A stretch of DNA of 64,000 nucleotides from Takakia lepidozioides. Its lineage: Eukaryota > Plantae > Bryophyta. Positions 10,244-23,044 of the stretch are shown here, piece after piece; the first letter of the stretch is position 1, and each line of letters starts with the position of its first letter. Under the pieces are notes generated by a model. The model searched no databases. It was not told the origin of the DNA and saw only the letters and a program-made list of their open reading frames with translations. The DNA is taken from contig CM060731.1 of the NCBI GenBank assembly GCA_030704615.1, positions 9,114,001-9,178,000 of the forward strand. The letters are read 5' to 3'. The translations under genes and the position numbers were made by a program.

Positions 10244-13200
10244 ATGGCAAAAACTAGGCCTAAGGTTGTTCCCCCTGAGGATGGTATGCTGGTTTTTTGG
10301 CACAAGCCTAAGAAAGGGGACGAGGTTCCTTTCTGGTATACGCCAACTGAGTCGGGGGAGATGATAGTGGAGGCAGAGGCGGACCTCAGAGTTCGTGATG
10401 GCACGAAACAAAGGAATCCCTATAAGTGCAAGTTTTGTGGGCGGCCCATGAAGGATAAGGTTAGGTTGAATAGGCATGTCATTGATGGGGAGGGTTGTTC
10501 TTGGTTGAACATGGTGGATGGTTGGGACGAGGTTCAGTTGCCACTAAAACCCTGGCCCGCTGCCGAGTTCTCGAAGCAGGTTACTCATTTTGTGGAGAGG
10601 TTGAGAGGGTGTACAAACCCAGAAGCGCGGCGCGTACCAAGAGACGACGTGTCCCCTACTGATCGGCAGCAGCATCCCAAAGGAGCAAGAAAATGGAAGC
10701 CTGATGTGCCTGCACCGTCACAAGTGGCTGCCCCTCACAAGAGGAGTAGTCGTAGTGGGCCCGACACCGATTTTGAGTGCACCAAACCAAAGAAGGGGGC
10801 AAAAAAGGTTAAGATTGTTACTACTTTACCCTCCGCCTGTGAGAGACAAGCCAAAGTGCGGCCTGAACTCGCTGTCACTTAGAGTAGAAAGCCAAAGAAA
10901 AAGTATCCCTATAGCCATGAGCAGCCAACAGCAAAAATGGGGGGGATCGGACATAGGGGGGGATCCGTCTCAAAGTCAGGGGAGCCAGTCCAGAAAACAA
11001 CGAAGACACGCAGATGTGGGGGAGCAGACTACTCATCAGGACGAGGGGGAGCAGCTTGGGAGCTCGGGGCCTCTTGCAGGGGATGGAGCCATGGACATCG
11101 ACCACGACACACCACACCCGATCACTCCTGCTGGAACATTTATACTCCTGCAACATGGACTTCTCCCTTCCAATTTTGCTCACCAGAATGATGAAAGATT
11201 TTGGGATGCATTTGTGGATTTCGCATGGAGTGGAGGGTTTGCAAAGCGAGTGGAGAGGGCTGAACGCCGCTGGAGAAGATGGCTTCTACAAGAACAGGTT
11301 TGCTTCACCCCCCAATCTCCTTTTGAGTTTATGGCCATCTGCTCCTCCCAATAGTTTCCCAGGATTGCCCCCGGTTTGTAAATGCTCATTCTATGTTGCA
11401 TTTTTGCATGCAGATCAATGCTTCCGCGGGAGAAATTGAGGCTGTGCGGAAATCAGTGCGGGCATGGAGTACCTGCAAAGACGGCGTTCCCTGTGCTCTA
11501 TCCATTGGGTTGGAGTTGGAAGGTTTTGAGAGCTACCTTGTGGGAAAGATGAGTACCCCTATTGTAACACCCTCCTGTCCCCCCACGTCATGTCCCCCTT
11601 GCACCGTTCCCCTTCTGCTCCCTCTTTCAGGTTTGCTCCCTCCTCTTCTGCTCCCCCCTCATCTGTAGATCTCCAGTTTGATATTGTTGAACTATTGCTG
11701 GAGGAGCAGGACGTTCGACGTCTGCTTCCTGAATTCCCTCTCCTAAGAACTGCCGAGGAATCTGATGCCATTGTCACCTGGCTGAAAACATCAAGTCCAG
11801 ACTGCCTCGGTCCCTGTTCCCTCCAAGTTTTTTCTACCATGGACCCTCGACCCCCTGTTTCACACTTGTATCCTCTGGCCGATTTAAGACACGGCATCTG
11901 CCCCAGTCATATCATGATGCTTTTTGCACCGCAGACTGCTCACAAACTGCCCTACCATGGATTTGGACTCTTCTTGCATGGAGGTTGGCGGACGTTTGGG
12001 AATTTTCAGAATCAGGAGACTATGTTGAAAGAAGTGCTCGTGGCAGAGGGTCAGTTTAGATATGGTACAATGCAGGACAAAATGCAGATCGTCGACTCCT
12101 GCCGAGCATTTCTTCGCATGGTGCGTGCCCGAGCGTTTCATGAATTTGCAGCAATGGAAACCGCCCACTTCCAAGTTTTGTGGTGCAAGGGCAACGATGC
12201 CAAAGGGATACGACGTGCAGCCAAGGCCTTGGAGGATCTATTGTTTAGGCGGGAGCACATTGATTTGGGACGCTACGTGCATCTTTTGAGTAAGTGCATG
12301 CTTTGCCTCTCCAACAGTCTGTCATTGTGAAGATCAGAATTGGAATAGATAAATGGGAGAGCAGACTTTACAGTCGGGGATCAGGGGATCAGGGGATCAC
12401 GGGGGTCAAAGCTAAGACACAAGCGCTTGTCTCTATGATAGGTGAGGCTGAGGCAGCGGATGTTGGAGTTCAAAATGCCATGGAGGAGGTCTTACGAGCA
12501 AACAAGGTGTTGTTGGCGGGAAGACATGAACTACATGACCGATGAGTGTCACCATATGCCCCTCACCTTTCCCACATCGACGTGGACGCCTTCAATTCAT
12601 CGCAGTTGTCCCACCATGCATCGCAGATGGCGTCGCCAACACCCTCACAGGTTGAAGACCTTCAAGCGCCTCATACAGAGACTTTTCAAGTGGAATCTCC
12701 GACGGCAGGTTTCTATACACACATTGCGGAAGATGATGTCAATCCCATCCCCTCTCATATTGTTTTGCTCACAGTCTTCTTTTAGACTCCCCAAGGGAAT
12801 ATTCCACTGCTCTCGCTATCTCTACTGCCCCCACCTCTTCTCCCATTCCTATCTCTGATCGCTCCCAAGGAGCAGCCCTCCTCTCTGCTACCCTCTCTGT
12901 CTCTGTTGCCCCATCATATGAAGTCCCCACCGCTGCTCCCCTTCAAATCTGTGAACCCGCACCAGGTGCTACCCTCCTCTCCGCCCCCCCCTCTGTGTCT
13001 GCCGCCCTCTCTGCCACTCCTCCCCAACCATGTGATCCCCCCGCCTCTGCACTTCTTCCATTATCTGCTCCCCCAGAAGTGGCTACCCTCGTCTCACTGC
13101 ATGCTATCCCATTGGACTCATCTCCCTCCTCGCATGAGTTTTCTTTTTGTGCTCCCCCCTCATCTGGTACTGCTTTAGTGTGTATCACTACTCCCTCCCT

Positions 13201-13786
13201 TTCTAATCTCCCTTTAGCCCTGGCAACCCCCACCTCTACTCCCGATTTTTTGTCTGCTCCCCCAGATCTGCCTTCTACGAAGCATGCATCCGTTGTGGAC
13301 CCTGGTCCCCCCCTGTCTGCCCCTGACTTCCACTCTTCTTCCCCACATCTGTTTGCTCTCTCGCATGCTAATGTGACTCCCTCCGGTCCCCCCCTCAGTG
13401 CTCCATCACCTGAGGTGTCATCCCCCAACGTTGTTCCCGATGTCATGCCTGCTCCCCTCCATGTATATGCTTTGTCGCGGGCTGCTGTGTCTCTCTGTGG
13501 TCCTTCAATCTCTGCCCTTGTCCAATCACCTCTTTCAACTCATCCCGAGTCTGTGTGTACTTTGCACGTGGAGAGGGAGGATGTGCCAAGAATGGTGGAT
13601 CCAACTACCAAGTCCAGTAGATTTGCAGCTGTTTCCAGTCCTCTGCCGACGACACAGGTTGAGGTTAGCCGCGCCGTGTTCCTCCAGCAGGGGCATCGGG
13701 CGTGTCCTCTTGATAGAAGAAAACACTCTGGGGCTGGGCCTCCTTCCACATCTTCAGACTGGTCCCCTCGTCCTTATGTCACTTGA
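10244..13786 (+). pseudogene. MULE-internal second gene of unknown function (N-terminal C2H2/C2HC-like zinc finger, Pro/Ser-rich C-terminus), spliced and frameshifted
   Basis: MAKTRPK...YKCKFCGRPMKDKVRLNRHVIDGEGC; continuous coding blocks in ORFs 10704, 11393, 11590, 12294 and 12995; GT-AG intron at ~11298-11413. Confidence 0.55.
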
Positions 13787-14700
13787 AAGTCTCACATGCC
13801 AGCTTGTCCATGATGTTTCTAATGTCATGCTCAAGCACAACATCATCACGACACACTTCTCCATTGACCTTGCTATCAAATACCTGTTGTTCATGTTGGG
13901 CCATGATTTCAGCAGGCGACAACCCAGCACGTATGCTATCCGTTATCCACATCTTAACCTCTTCACTAAAGTGAGGTGCGTGCACGAAACGGGTGTTACT
14001 TGAAGTCGGGTCAATGTGGCCATGGCAGACCTTGTCACATCCATCAACATGATTTTTGTTGTAGTATGTTATGACAGCAAGAGAAGGATCCAGGTAGCAT
14101 CGTCCAATCCTAAACTGACAGAGGCAACCCCTCTTTATGGACTCTCCCTAAACGACTTTCTTCCGTCTCGGCCCTTTGTGGTTGTTATAAGAAGACGATG
14201 AAGCATCCAACACACACCCTCTCCTGTCGTTCCTTCTCTTCAAAGAATGTTTATTGACAGGTATTGCATTTGTGCGCTTGTCCTCAGGTCCATAAGAACA
14301 ATAGAACCTGAACAATGATGAGAACTATGTCGGCGGAGTGGAATACTCGGAGCAAGAGAGCATAACATTTTGACAAAATAGAAGAGCAAACAATGCAAAC
14401 AAGCAGCACGCCATTACAAAGAACACATAGAGACCATCCAGAAACCACAAAGGTGAAGGCGGACTTTATGACAAGAGAGCAACTATTGGCCCTTGGAGCT
14501 AAGAGCTCGCCCTCCTCATGCTTTCCCTTTTTAGGCACCATTCTGTTGAAGTGAGTGGGTGCCTCTGCCCTTTCCTCCTCCCCTCTCACAAAACCGTCGA
14601 TCCTGCTCCAAGGAATGACCGCAACATCCGTATATAGACGATGTCCACCTCCACTTGAAATAGTTGGAGTCCATATAAGCGACATGTGGTTGAACGAACC
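13782..14700 (-). pseudogene. N-terminal fragment of a MULE-family transposase (WRKY/GCM1-like DNA-binding region); DDE and SWIM domains missing
   Basis: VAVIPWSRIDGFVRGEE...YCSYGPED...SIKRGCLCQFRIGRCY...YYNKNHVDGCDKVCHGH...APHFSEEVKMWI; resembles plant MULE-derived SWIM zinc-finger proteins. Confidence 0.8.
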
Positions 14701-15891
14701 ATCCGGGGGGATTTGCAACGTGCCACGGAACTGTGATAGAAGGAATGACGTGCGCAACTCCGAAGATCCAGTCATGATGCCCGCCACCCCTACAGGAACA
14801 GTACACATCCGCAGACCACACGCGTCCTGCAGAAACAGTACACATCAGCAAACTACACGCGCAAGTGCAGCATACACGCGCGCAAAGAGGATCAAATCTG
14901 CGAGCAGCCGGAAACCCTGAATTTCCGGCTCCGTTCACTCCGTTCATCTCCCAGACCAAAATGGCGGGGGACGTGCATGGCCGTTGGATGGGGGAGGACG
15001 ACATAGATGAACAGAATGATAGCCACGTGCAAACAGCCCTCACATTTGACACGTGGAAGGGGGATCGCTCCCGGGGGGGGGGCGGGCGGAAGGATGGGGG
15101 GATTACTCCAGGTTGTGTGGGGGATCAACGGAGAGGGGACCGCCAGGGGGGAACGATCACCTGTTCCGCCGGTCCAGGGGAGCGGCGACGTGTCGGGGGA
15201 CCGCGCCGTGGATGTGAAGAGGGGATCGGCAGCGGGGAGCGCCACATGCCGTCCGATGGGTGGAGGGGGATTAGACACCGCATTTGGACGGGGGATCAAC
15301 CGACCCGGGGGGGGGGGCGTGTCGGGGGATCGGGCCGTCGATGGGAAGAGGGGATCGACGGCGGGGATCAACCCAGTGAGGGGATCCACAACGGGGGGGC
15401 CGCCACGTGGCTGGAGATCGGGCGGTGCTGTGGGGCGCCGCGCGGCCAGCGGTGGAGCGGGTCAGGGGTCCGGGCGGGCGGGCGCGGGGAGCAGTGGGCG
15501 GGCAGGGGCGGGCAACGGGCGGAGGGGTCGGAGGGGGTGGGGATGATTTGACATGGGGCGTCCAGCTCGCCGACGAGGCTGCCGGAGCGGGGGTTCCGGC
15601 TGTACCTCGCGGGCCGTACACGTCAGCTCCCACGCTTGCAATGAAATCAAGCCACATCCAACCGGTTTTTGCCCATTGTATGGGTATTGCCTCAGGTGGT
15701 ACATGTAGAGAAACTTCATCCTTCTGTTGTATATAGTATGTATAACTACAATATTGTCATATTGTATTCAGAAGGGTGTACGAATAAAAATTCACTAATT
15801 GTCATTAAGAGAGCTAAGTTGTTAGACTGCTCAACAGACTACTCACTTACATGCGCTTATTGGAGGAGACTTCATCCTGCAGTTGTATGTA

Positions 15892-17368
15892 GCTGTTAGA
15901 CAAGTTAACAGACTTCCTGGTAGAGGCGAAGCAGGTGCTGGAAGTGGAGAGAGGGGAATTGCAATGGATGGCTACCAGCATGCGAGAGTGGACAACAAAG
16001 CTGGAGGACCAACACAAAACAGTTGCCATGGGTGCCAAGCTTTCAAGTTCCCAGTTGAATGGTTGGACACTGGAGCAGGTGTCGAGGAGCCTATAGGTAG
16101 ACTATGTGTTTTTCACTCACAAGTGATTTTGGAGCAAGTTTCCAGAGAGCCTGATGGAACTTGTGTTTACAAAGTTGCCAATAGCATGTTCCGTCTTCGC
16201 TCTCTCAGCAAACAGTGGGAGTCTCTAATTTTCTCGCCCAGCTTTCAACAGGCGTTTCACAGCTCATTTCAGATGTTTGGAATCCTCAATGAAGTACTCG
16301 GTGAAGAGCTGGTTGCACACTGTAGTAACGGAAGGAGACTAAGGAGACTATTCGACCTCTGGACATTTGATACTCGGTCAAATGGACATCTGATACTTGG
16401 TCTTCCATCGGATTTCGAAGGGCTTGCATTTGCAGCCGCTAGAGGCCTCGTGTGCTTTTGTGGGTGGGTGACCGAGACGATGACTTTACGAATATATATA
16501 TGTAATCCTCTCACAAAAGCTTGGCGGGAACTCCCTCCCATTCCTGAAGCGCATGCGACGTTTCCCCGAATGGTTCACATGGTGATGGACAGCCATATCA
16601 GGAATTACACCCTCATTGTAGGATGGTCTCCATCAGGTTCAAACAGTTTAGATTCAATCAGTTTAGATCACATCGCAGGTTATAACTCCGGAACCGACCG
16701 CTGGAGCAGCTGGAGCACAATCGATGGTGGGAATGCTTCGTTGTTTGGAACTCTCCCAAACAATATCAACAAAAGCATTTATTGTAAGGAGTTTCATGAT
16801 GTCGAAGGATTCAATTCAGGCGTAAGGATTTTGGACATCCAAACGGGAGTATGGGGTGACCTCCCAAAGTTACCACGTTCACCTGGTGTTGAGTATATAG
16901 CCCTAGAGCAAAGCAATGGGCGTGATTACTTCCCCCCAGGAGGGTGTGTGGGAATTTCGAAGCGCGGAGCAGAGGTGGGTGAGGATTACATGTCTCCCCG
17001 GGCGTCGTGACTACTCCCATGACCACGCTTTCTTTGTTTGTGGCGATGTGCTTCTACTGGTGGAAGAAAATGCTGATGAAGAGTGGGAGTACATACACCG
17101 GCGGACTGCAACATACAACACGTCCAAGGATGAGTGGCGTGAGTGGATCGCTCCTACGATAGTCCATGTTTGCATGGAGGATTTAGGATTGAATGTAGGT
17201 TGGATGCAAAACCCTGATCAGATACTTATTGAGGCATTGATTTGTAAGAGATGCATCACCCAATTTCGTGACATGCACGCCACATCTGTTGTAGTTTTGA
17301 TCCATCGTTTGACAGTCTGTACACTCTGTGATGATAACCGGATCCGTATCTATCTGCGATTTGGTTAA
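15892..17368 (+). pseudogene. F-box (kelch/FBA-associated type) pseudogene
   Basis: FWSKFPESLMELVFTKLPI, frameshift, MFRLRSLSKQWESLIFSPSF; AAARGLVCF; IYICNPLTKAWRELPPIP; in-frame stops upstream and a second frameshift at ~16930. Confidence 0.85.
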
Positions 17369-17499
17369 GGCTGGAAAGTCAACAGTAAAACTCGGATTAC
17401 ACCTCGGGTCATAGCTCAGTGAAGGAGCTCAGCTCATAGCTCATTGAGCCCTCCCTCATTGTAGCTCATAGCTCAGCTCATTGAGGAGCTCATTGTTAT

Positions 17500-17612
17500 G
17501 CCTTCATTGAAGGGGTTTGTTCTCCAATCACTGCTATCGGTGTGTGTCTTATGGTGTACCGGGGTTTAATTAAAGTTAAGCTCAGGGCCACTGTCCCCTG
17601 TTGAAAAAAAAA
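17500..17612 (+). mobile_element. short 5'-truncated retroposon 3' end with poly-A
   Basis: GGTTTAAT...CCCCTGTTGAAAAAAAAA, similar to the L1 tail at ~7550-7615. Confidence 0.4.
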
Positions 17613-19448
17613 CATAAACAAAAGCAAAATCCTAGAAGTCTCCATCCTAGAAGGTTTTTTTTTTTTTTTGGGTCCATCCCTGCTGGCCCCCCCTCCACCC
17701 CCCATAATATGGTTGAGGGTTTAGGGTTTAGGGTTTTGGACTTTGAGATGGGGATAGTGAAGGTGAGGATCAAGGGAATACCTACAAAAGTAGCACTGGG
17801 CATGCTGCTTAGGTGCCCTATAAGAAGCCCGTTACCCTAACTCTTTCCTGTCATCTCTTCTCTGTCTGGGGTGCGGCGCTTTGTGTGCTGGTCTGCGAGG
17901 TTAGCTTTGTCATCAGGTATGAGAAAGGTAGGTGGCTCGTCGTGGGGGTCAAGTTTCGAGCTTTCTTTTCTTGCTGGCTGCCTGATGTGGGGCCCTTTCA
18001 TGTTTTCGCCCTGTTCAAGTGACCATATCCTTGAAGATGTGACAATGGATTCCTGAAGGCTTCATGTGAGGGACGAAACCTGATCCCCTGGGTAGCTGTA
18101 CCAACGCACGTTGAAAACTAGAAGTATCTACCTCAATCACTACTCTGTGTGCATGTTTGCAATTTAGAACCGCCAGAGCAAACTCCCAGCACCATCAGAC
18201 ACATGGACAGGGACAGGGACAGGGAAAAGAGAACCGCATGATGAGAACATCAGCACAGAGGGAGGACACTTGGTTTACAAGGACCCGCCAACGTGATGGG
18301 CTTTATTGTCATAGTTACTCTGATGGTTCCTCTCTGTCAAAGGCATCCGTCCGGTGACCCTGCGCAGATTTGTATGCTGGCTGGGCGCTCGATTATATCC
18401 CGTCATTTCCTTTCCTTTCCTCTCGTTTTCCTTTCTAATAATACATGAAGCCCAAACATAATTCGAGAGTTGTTTTGAGGTGTTGCAGGAGACATGTATA
18501 TGAAGGTGATACCGGGAGTGATTTCTTCCTTTACGGGTCAGCTCTGAACATCCTGTTACAGAACCAAGTAATGTCGCGAACAAAGTTACCCCTTCCTCTT
18601 GTCAGATTTCCTGGAGAGTCTTTCTACAGTTTTGTCAATACTTGTAAAACAGTATTGGCTGGTCGGCACTGTTCGTGTGCAAGTGTCCAGAAGGAACATC
18701 GATCGCTTCCTAGATATACTTGTAGCGTTACTTTTTTGCTCAGTTGACTAGAACACCGCTTGGCTACATTGCTATGTGTGTGTGCACTCCTTCAACACCG
18801 ACTGCAGCTCAATCTCTGCAGCTAGGATTTAAAAGCAGGTCCTCTGCGCTTTTGCAGGACAGCTTCTGAAACCATTTTAATTGCAGTGTGGAGTTCAGCT
18901 ATGGCTTGAAGCCGTGTAGACTCTCCTACCCCTCTGCCCACCACGTAATTCTTGAGTTGCTCGCCTCGCCCAATCTTTGATAATGGCATTGCTGTACTAT
19001 AGGCTCCTATCTTTGCCATGCTGGGAACAAAGTAAGCTATTTCGGAATTGCATTGCATGAATATGCTGATGGGAAGACGTATCGAATGGGACCGAACAGG
19101 TCTAGCGAGGCCAACGGGTGCGTGTCCCTTTGGTGAGGGTGGCACGGAGGGGGGACATATCCGCGGTGGTTCTGATGAGAGAATGGCCATAACTTTTTGG
19201 GAAAGATCGACCTTTCTTAAGGTGGTGTTGGATATATGTTTGGTTGCAGACTCTAGGGTCCAACTGAGTATTGCTGAGAGCACATTCAACAACCACACAG
19301 TTGTGACTATGCACCCCTGCACTCCAAGAGCTTACAAACTCGGGGTACAACTCTCAGTTTTTTCTTCCTTTGAAACAGTTGCATTCACAGCCACAGACGA
19401 GGACCAGATAACAAGAAAGCACATGGAATCCAAATTTGCCGACTGAAC

Positions 19449-20110
19449 CAGTGTTGGGCGGTTCTCTGGTTTTGGGTAGAACCTGCAGTGTAGGTTCTAT
19501 CTTGTGGAAGGTAAATAGAGAACCTGGGGCCGGGTACTTAAAAACATGGACAGATAGAGAACTTGCGGTGCAGGGTATATATTCAATGCAATTATCCACC
19601 AAATCCGGTGGTCAGGTATATGGGTAGAGAATCGCATAGAGAACCCAGAGATGACCCGGTTCTGAGTTCAAAAGTTATTATGGACAGAATAAATAAAAAA
19701 TGTGCATGTATGAGATGGCCACAATTGTCAATAATTAAGCTCATTTTCTAGCACAACTAACACTAAACTTCCTCTAGATTTGCGCACTGTTGGCATGTTG
19801 GCATTCAGTTCTAGCATTTTCACTACCCTTCTTCCTCAAGGCTTCCACGCTAACCTTAGATAACCGCCCTTATACCCAAGGGTATGTGCCGGGTGCAGTT
19901 ACCGTTACCCTCCCCTCTCGTAGGTCAGGTTCTTATGGATACTAGTGAACCCCCGGTTCGGTAAAGTTCACGGGTAAATAGATTTTGATATCCGCCGGTT
20001 CAATGTTGACTAGGGTATTTGAAATTTTAATACCTGAGGTTAAGGGGGCATATACCCAGGTCCGGAACCGGCGGTTCTTTCAACCAAAACCAGTGAACCG
20101 CCCAACACTG
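19449..20110. mobile_element. hAT-family MITE (662 bp)
   Basis: TIRs CAGTGTTGGGCGGTTC / GAACCGCCCAACACTG; perfect 8-bp TSD GACTGAAC (19441-19448 and 20111-20118). Confidence 0.93.
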
Positions 20111-20574
20111 GACTGAACCTCACCAGATCGGACCCGTTAATGATGCGGTAAAGTGCAGGGGGACTCATCCAGTGCCCTACAAAGGCTCCATCATCTATGT
20201 ATGAGTATTTTGCGTCGGGCAGAACCCCGGGGCAGCTTCATCTGATGCTACATTTGTTTGAATTGGCTTTCTTTTCTTACATTGAAAACTAACTTATGGT
20301 GGCCTCAGCCCTCCAGCGAGACCAAGAAGGCCTGTCAAATGCACTAAGTTACTGCTTCCTACAAAGAGCTTCAAAGAGCTTGCGCATTCATCTTACTTAC
20401 AGTTTTCACCTTTTCCGGTGGCTTTCTTGTCTTTACATTCCCTTGTTTGATAGCAGTTGTATTTCTCCATTTAAAGGTTCCTATTTAGCATAATATAAAA
20501 CTATGCGGTTGCATTATTTAACGGAGTTCTAAACTCTTATCCAAAACATATGAAAAGGTTGTCTATAATTTTAA

Positions 20575-20723
20575 CCACCAGTTGGTAGCTCGGTTGGATA
20601 GAGTACTGAATGTCACCCAGGTGATTTTGGGTTCAAATCGTTGGGTGTGGCATAGTCATCCCCTTCCCTTGGGCGTCGCTCACAGCACTTGGTGCCACAT
20701 GGCGAGGTTACTAAAGAAAGAAA
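20575..20723 (+). mobile_element. tRNA-derived SINE
   Basis: A box TAGCTCGGTTGG (20586-20597), B box GGTTCAAATC (20630-20639), A-rich end; no intact tRNA cloverleaf evident. Confidence 0.65.
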
Positions 20724-20866
20724 GGGGCCTGATTCTTATTTTGTAAGCGGTCACTCCAACGTGCTTCCTTTCATAGAAAAAAGAGGAAAACTAAGAAGAG
20801 GCTAAAATCCGGAACAGGAGTTATCACAAACAGTGGGGCTACAAACCCCAGAAGAGAAGAGGAGGC

Positions 20867-23008
20867 ATGGAGGCCACACTGAGCTCGACGGCAATGCAAG
20901 GTTTGGGTGTGGCCGCTTCCCATGCTGCTTGTTTTGCGCACTCCAATTGTCCCTCGTCTTCTTCCGTCTTGTTCGTAAACCACCCAGGTCTCCGGACGAA
21001 GAGTAGAGCTATCCCTCGTTTGGGGACAGGAGAAGTGGCAGCGAGGTTGGGGGAAGGATTGATTGACGGAACTAGAAGGAGCTACTTTTCTCCTTCTCAG
21101 TCTTCCTTCGCCTCCACCTTACGCCGACCATGTCTGCAGGTAAATCTGTTGGCTGAAAGTTTTATTATTGGTGGTCCATTAAAGTGGTCATAGACAGACT
21201 AGTTTATTGCCCCATCAATGAAGGCTACTTGACGCAAAGTGTAGGCTTAGGAAGGATTTCCTCCACGTTATTTTAGCAGGCTAAATGTCTCCTGTTGGAG
21301 TTGATAGTGTGTTTTCTTGCAGTGAGAACGATGTAATGTACGCAAAGTGGAAACAATCGGTCACTTTTTTGGCTGGTAGGTAGGCAACTAATTTCTGTAT
21401 TGATCTGCTCAATAATTCGAAGAACTTCAGTTATTGGTAAGTGTTGGTAAGATTGGGCTTCAGAATTTCAGCACTTTTAACTGTAGTAGCTGGAGTCTGC
21501 TGACCTTTGTTGCCCTTCATGCCCTCTCTGCCTACCACATGTAGGGGTTTTGATCTAAAATATTCTGTGTCAGATTGCACCACTGAAGAGTCAATCTTCT
21601 TCATTGGCAGGTCCAAAGCAGGCCTTGGCAATCAATTCTACAATGAACCTTGTTCTAGCACAATTGCTTTCCATTGATACCGCAACAGGGGACATGAGTA
21701 GTAGGATATTCTCTTGAAGCTCCAAAAGATAAATAGATCGTTGATGAGTTGAAAGAGTTGTCACCCGACATCCCAGTTCGATATTTTAGGTTGCATATAA
21801 ACATATGATCTCCTCAGTAGTGTACAGTAAGAGGGTGAGAAATGTGGCCAGTCGTTAAGTCTTTAATTCAAAACATCAGAGAGTAAAATAAAAGAGTGGT
21901 GGGAGGGTTTTTTATAGTCTTCCTACAGGCTTGATATGAGTGGAGAGACTTACAAGGAAGCCCTCAAAGTCAACTTTGAAACTAATGCACTTAGATTCAG
22001 TCTCCCGTATAAATCATGGAAGATCCATTCTATTGAGTGTCAATGCATTCTACTACGCAGAAGTAAGATCACGAAGCCAACTATTTTATTGCTTTTGGTA
22101 AGAGCAGATTACCCGTCTTCATCTATAGATGAGAGATAATGGTCTGGAGTTGGTGCACATGCTGTATGACATTGTTGCTGTTGTGTCACAGGGGTTGTAT
22201 CACAGGGTTCCAATTGCAGGTATGAACTTCAAGATTGTCCCTCAAGTTAAGTCTAGGGCTGTCAACAGATGGATTGGGGTATGGGTTCTGACTGTGACAC
22301 TGGTTCTCTGAATGTGCATAAGAACAGCAGCAGGCAGCCAAGAAGACCTTTTCGTCTTTCGATGACATGCTCAACCAATCGGACGTGCCAGTTCTGGTTG
22401 ACTTCTATGCCATCTGGTATGTTTCTCCCTGCTCCTCAGATCATCATGGAATAGCTACTCTATATGCAATTGCCTCAGACTGGTCCATGAGACTGATACT
22501 CAAAAGTCATTGTGGGGGGGGTAATAATGGAAGAGAGAGAATGTACTCTCATAAGACATTGTTTGCCGTAGCCTTGTGGCCGTAAACCCCGCGCCCAGTT
22601 TGGGCAGAACAAAAGGGAACAGATACTACCTTTGTGATGGGCTCACTCCGGTGATGTGACTTACCTTAATAGCAAGTAGTTCGCAATATCCTCTAGAAAG
22701 CCCGTCGCACAAGCATCAACTTGATGTGTGAGCTGCCCAGCAGTTAGACCCTAACATGGACAGGCTTTAGGCTCAGCCTCAAGATTTTGAAAGTTGGTGA
22801 ACAGAGGTGCAGGGACAATGTTCTTGATTGTCCTGAAGAGGGTCACCCTCTGGTGAGAGCATCCCGGACAATATCAGAAAATGGATAGTGTCTTTGTTGG
22901 AATATCATCTAAACTTACCTACATTGAACTGGACACAATAATCTGTTGAAGTGCATGATAACATTAATGCAGGGTGTGTTACATAATGTCAGCTCATGAG
23001 AGATTCGG

Positions 23009-23044
<36 letters not shown>

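Larger units (their letters stand above)
8121..15660. mobile_element. Mutator-like (MULE) DNA transposon with long TIRs, internally deleted
   Basis: TGGATGTGGCTTGATTT...(8121-~8365) is the reverse complement of ~15380-15660; many subterminal GATCCCC/GGGGATC motifs; MULE-type N-terminal fragment on - strand. No clear TSD. Confidence 0.85.

Noticed and set aside
17718-17735. Interstitial telomeric repeat
   Set aside because: Only about two TTTAGGG units, which is common in plant TEs and promoters.
20575-20650. tRNA gene (also 35520-35600)
   Set aside because: A and B boxes are present but no convincing acceptor or anticodon stems; each is followed by a body and A-rich tail, so called as SINEs.
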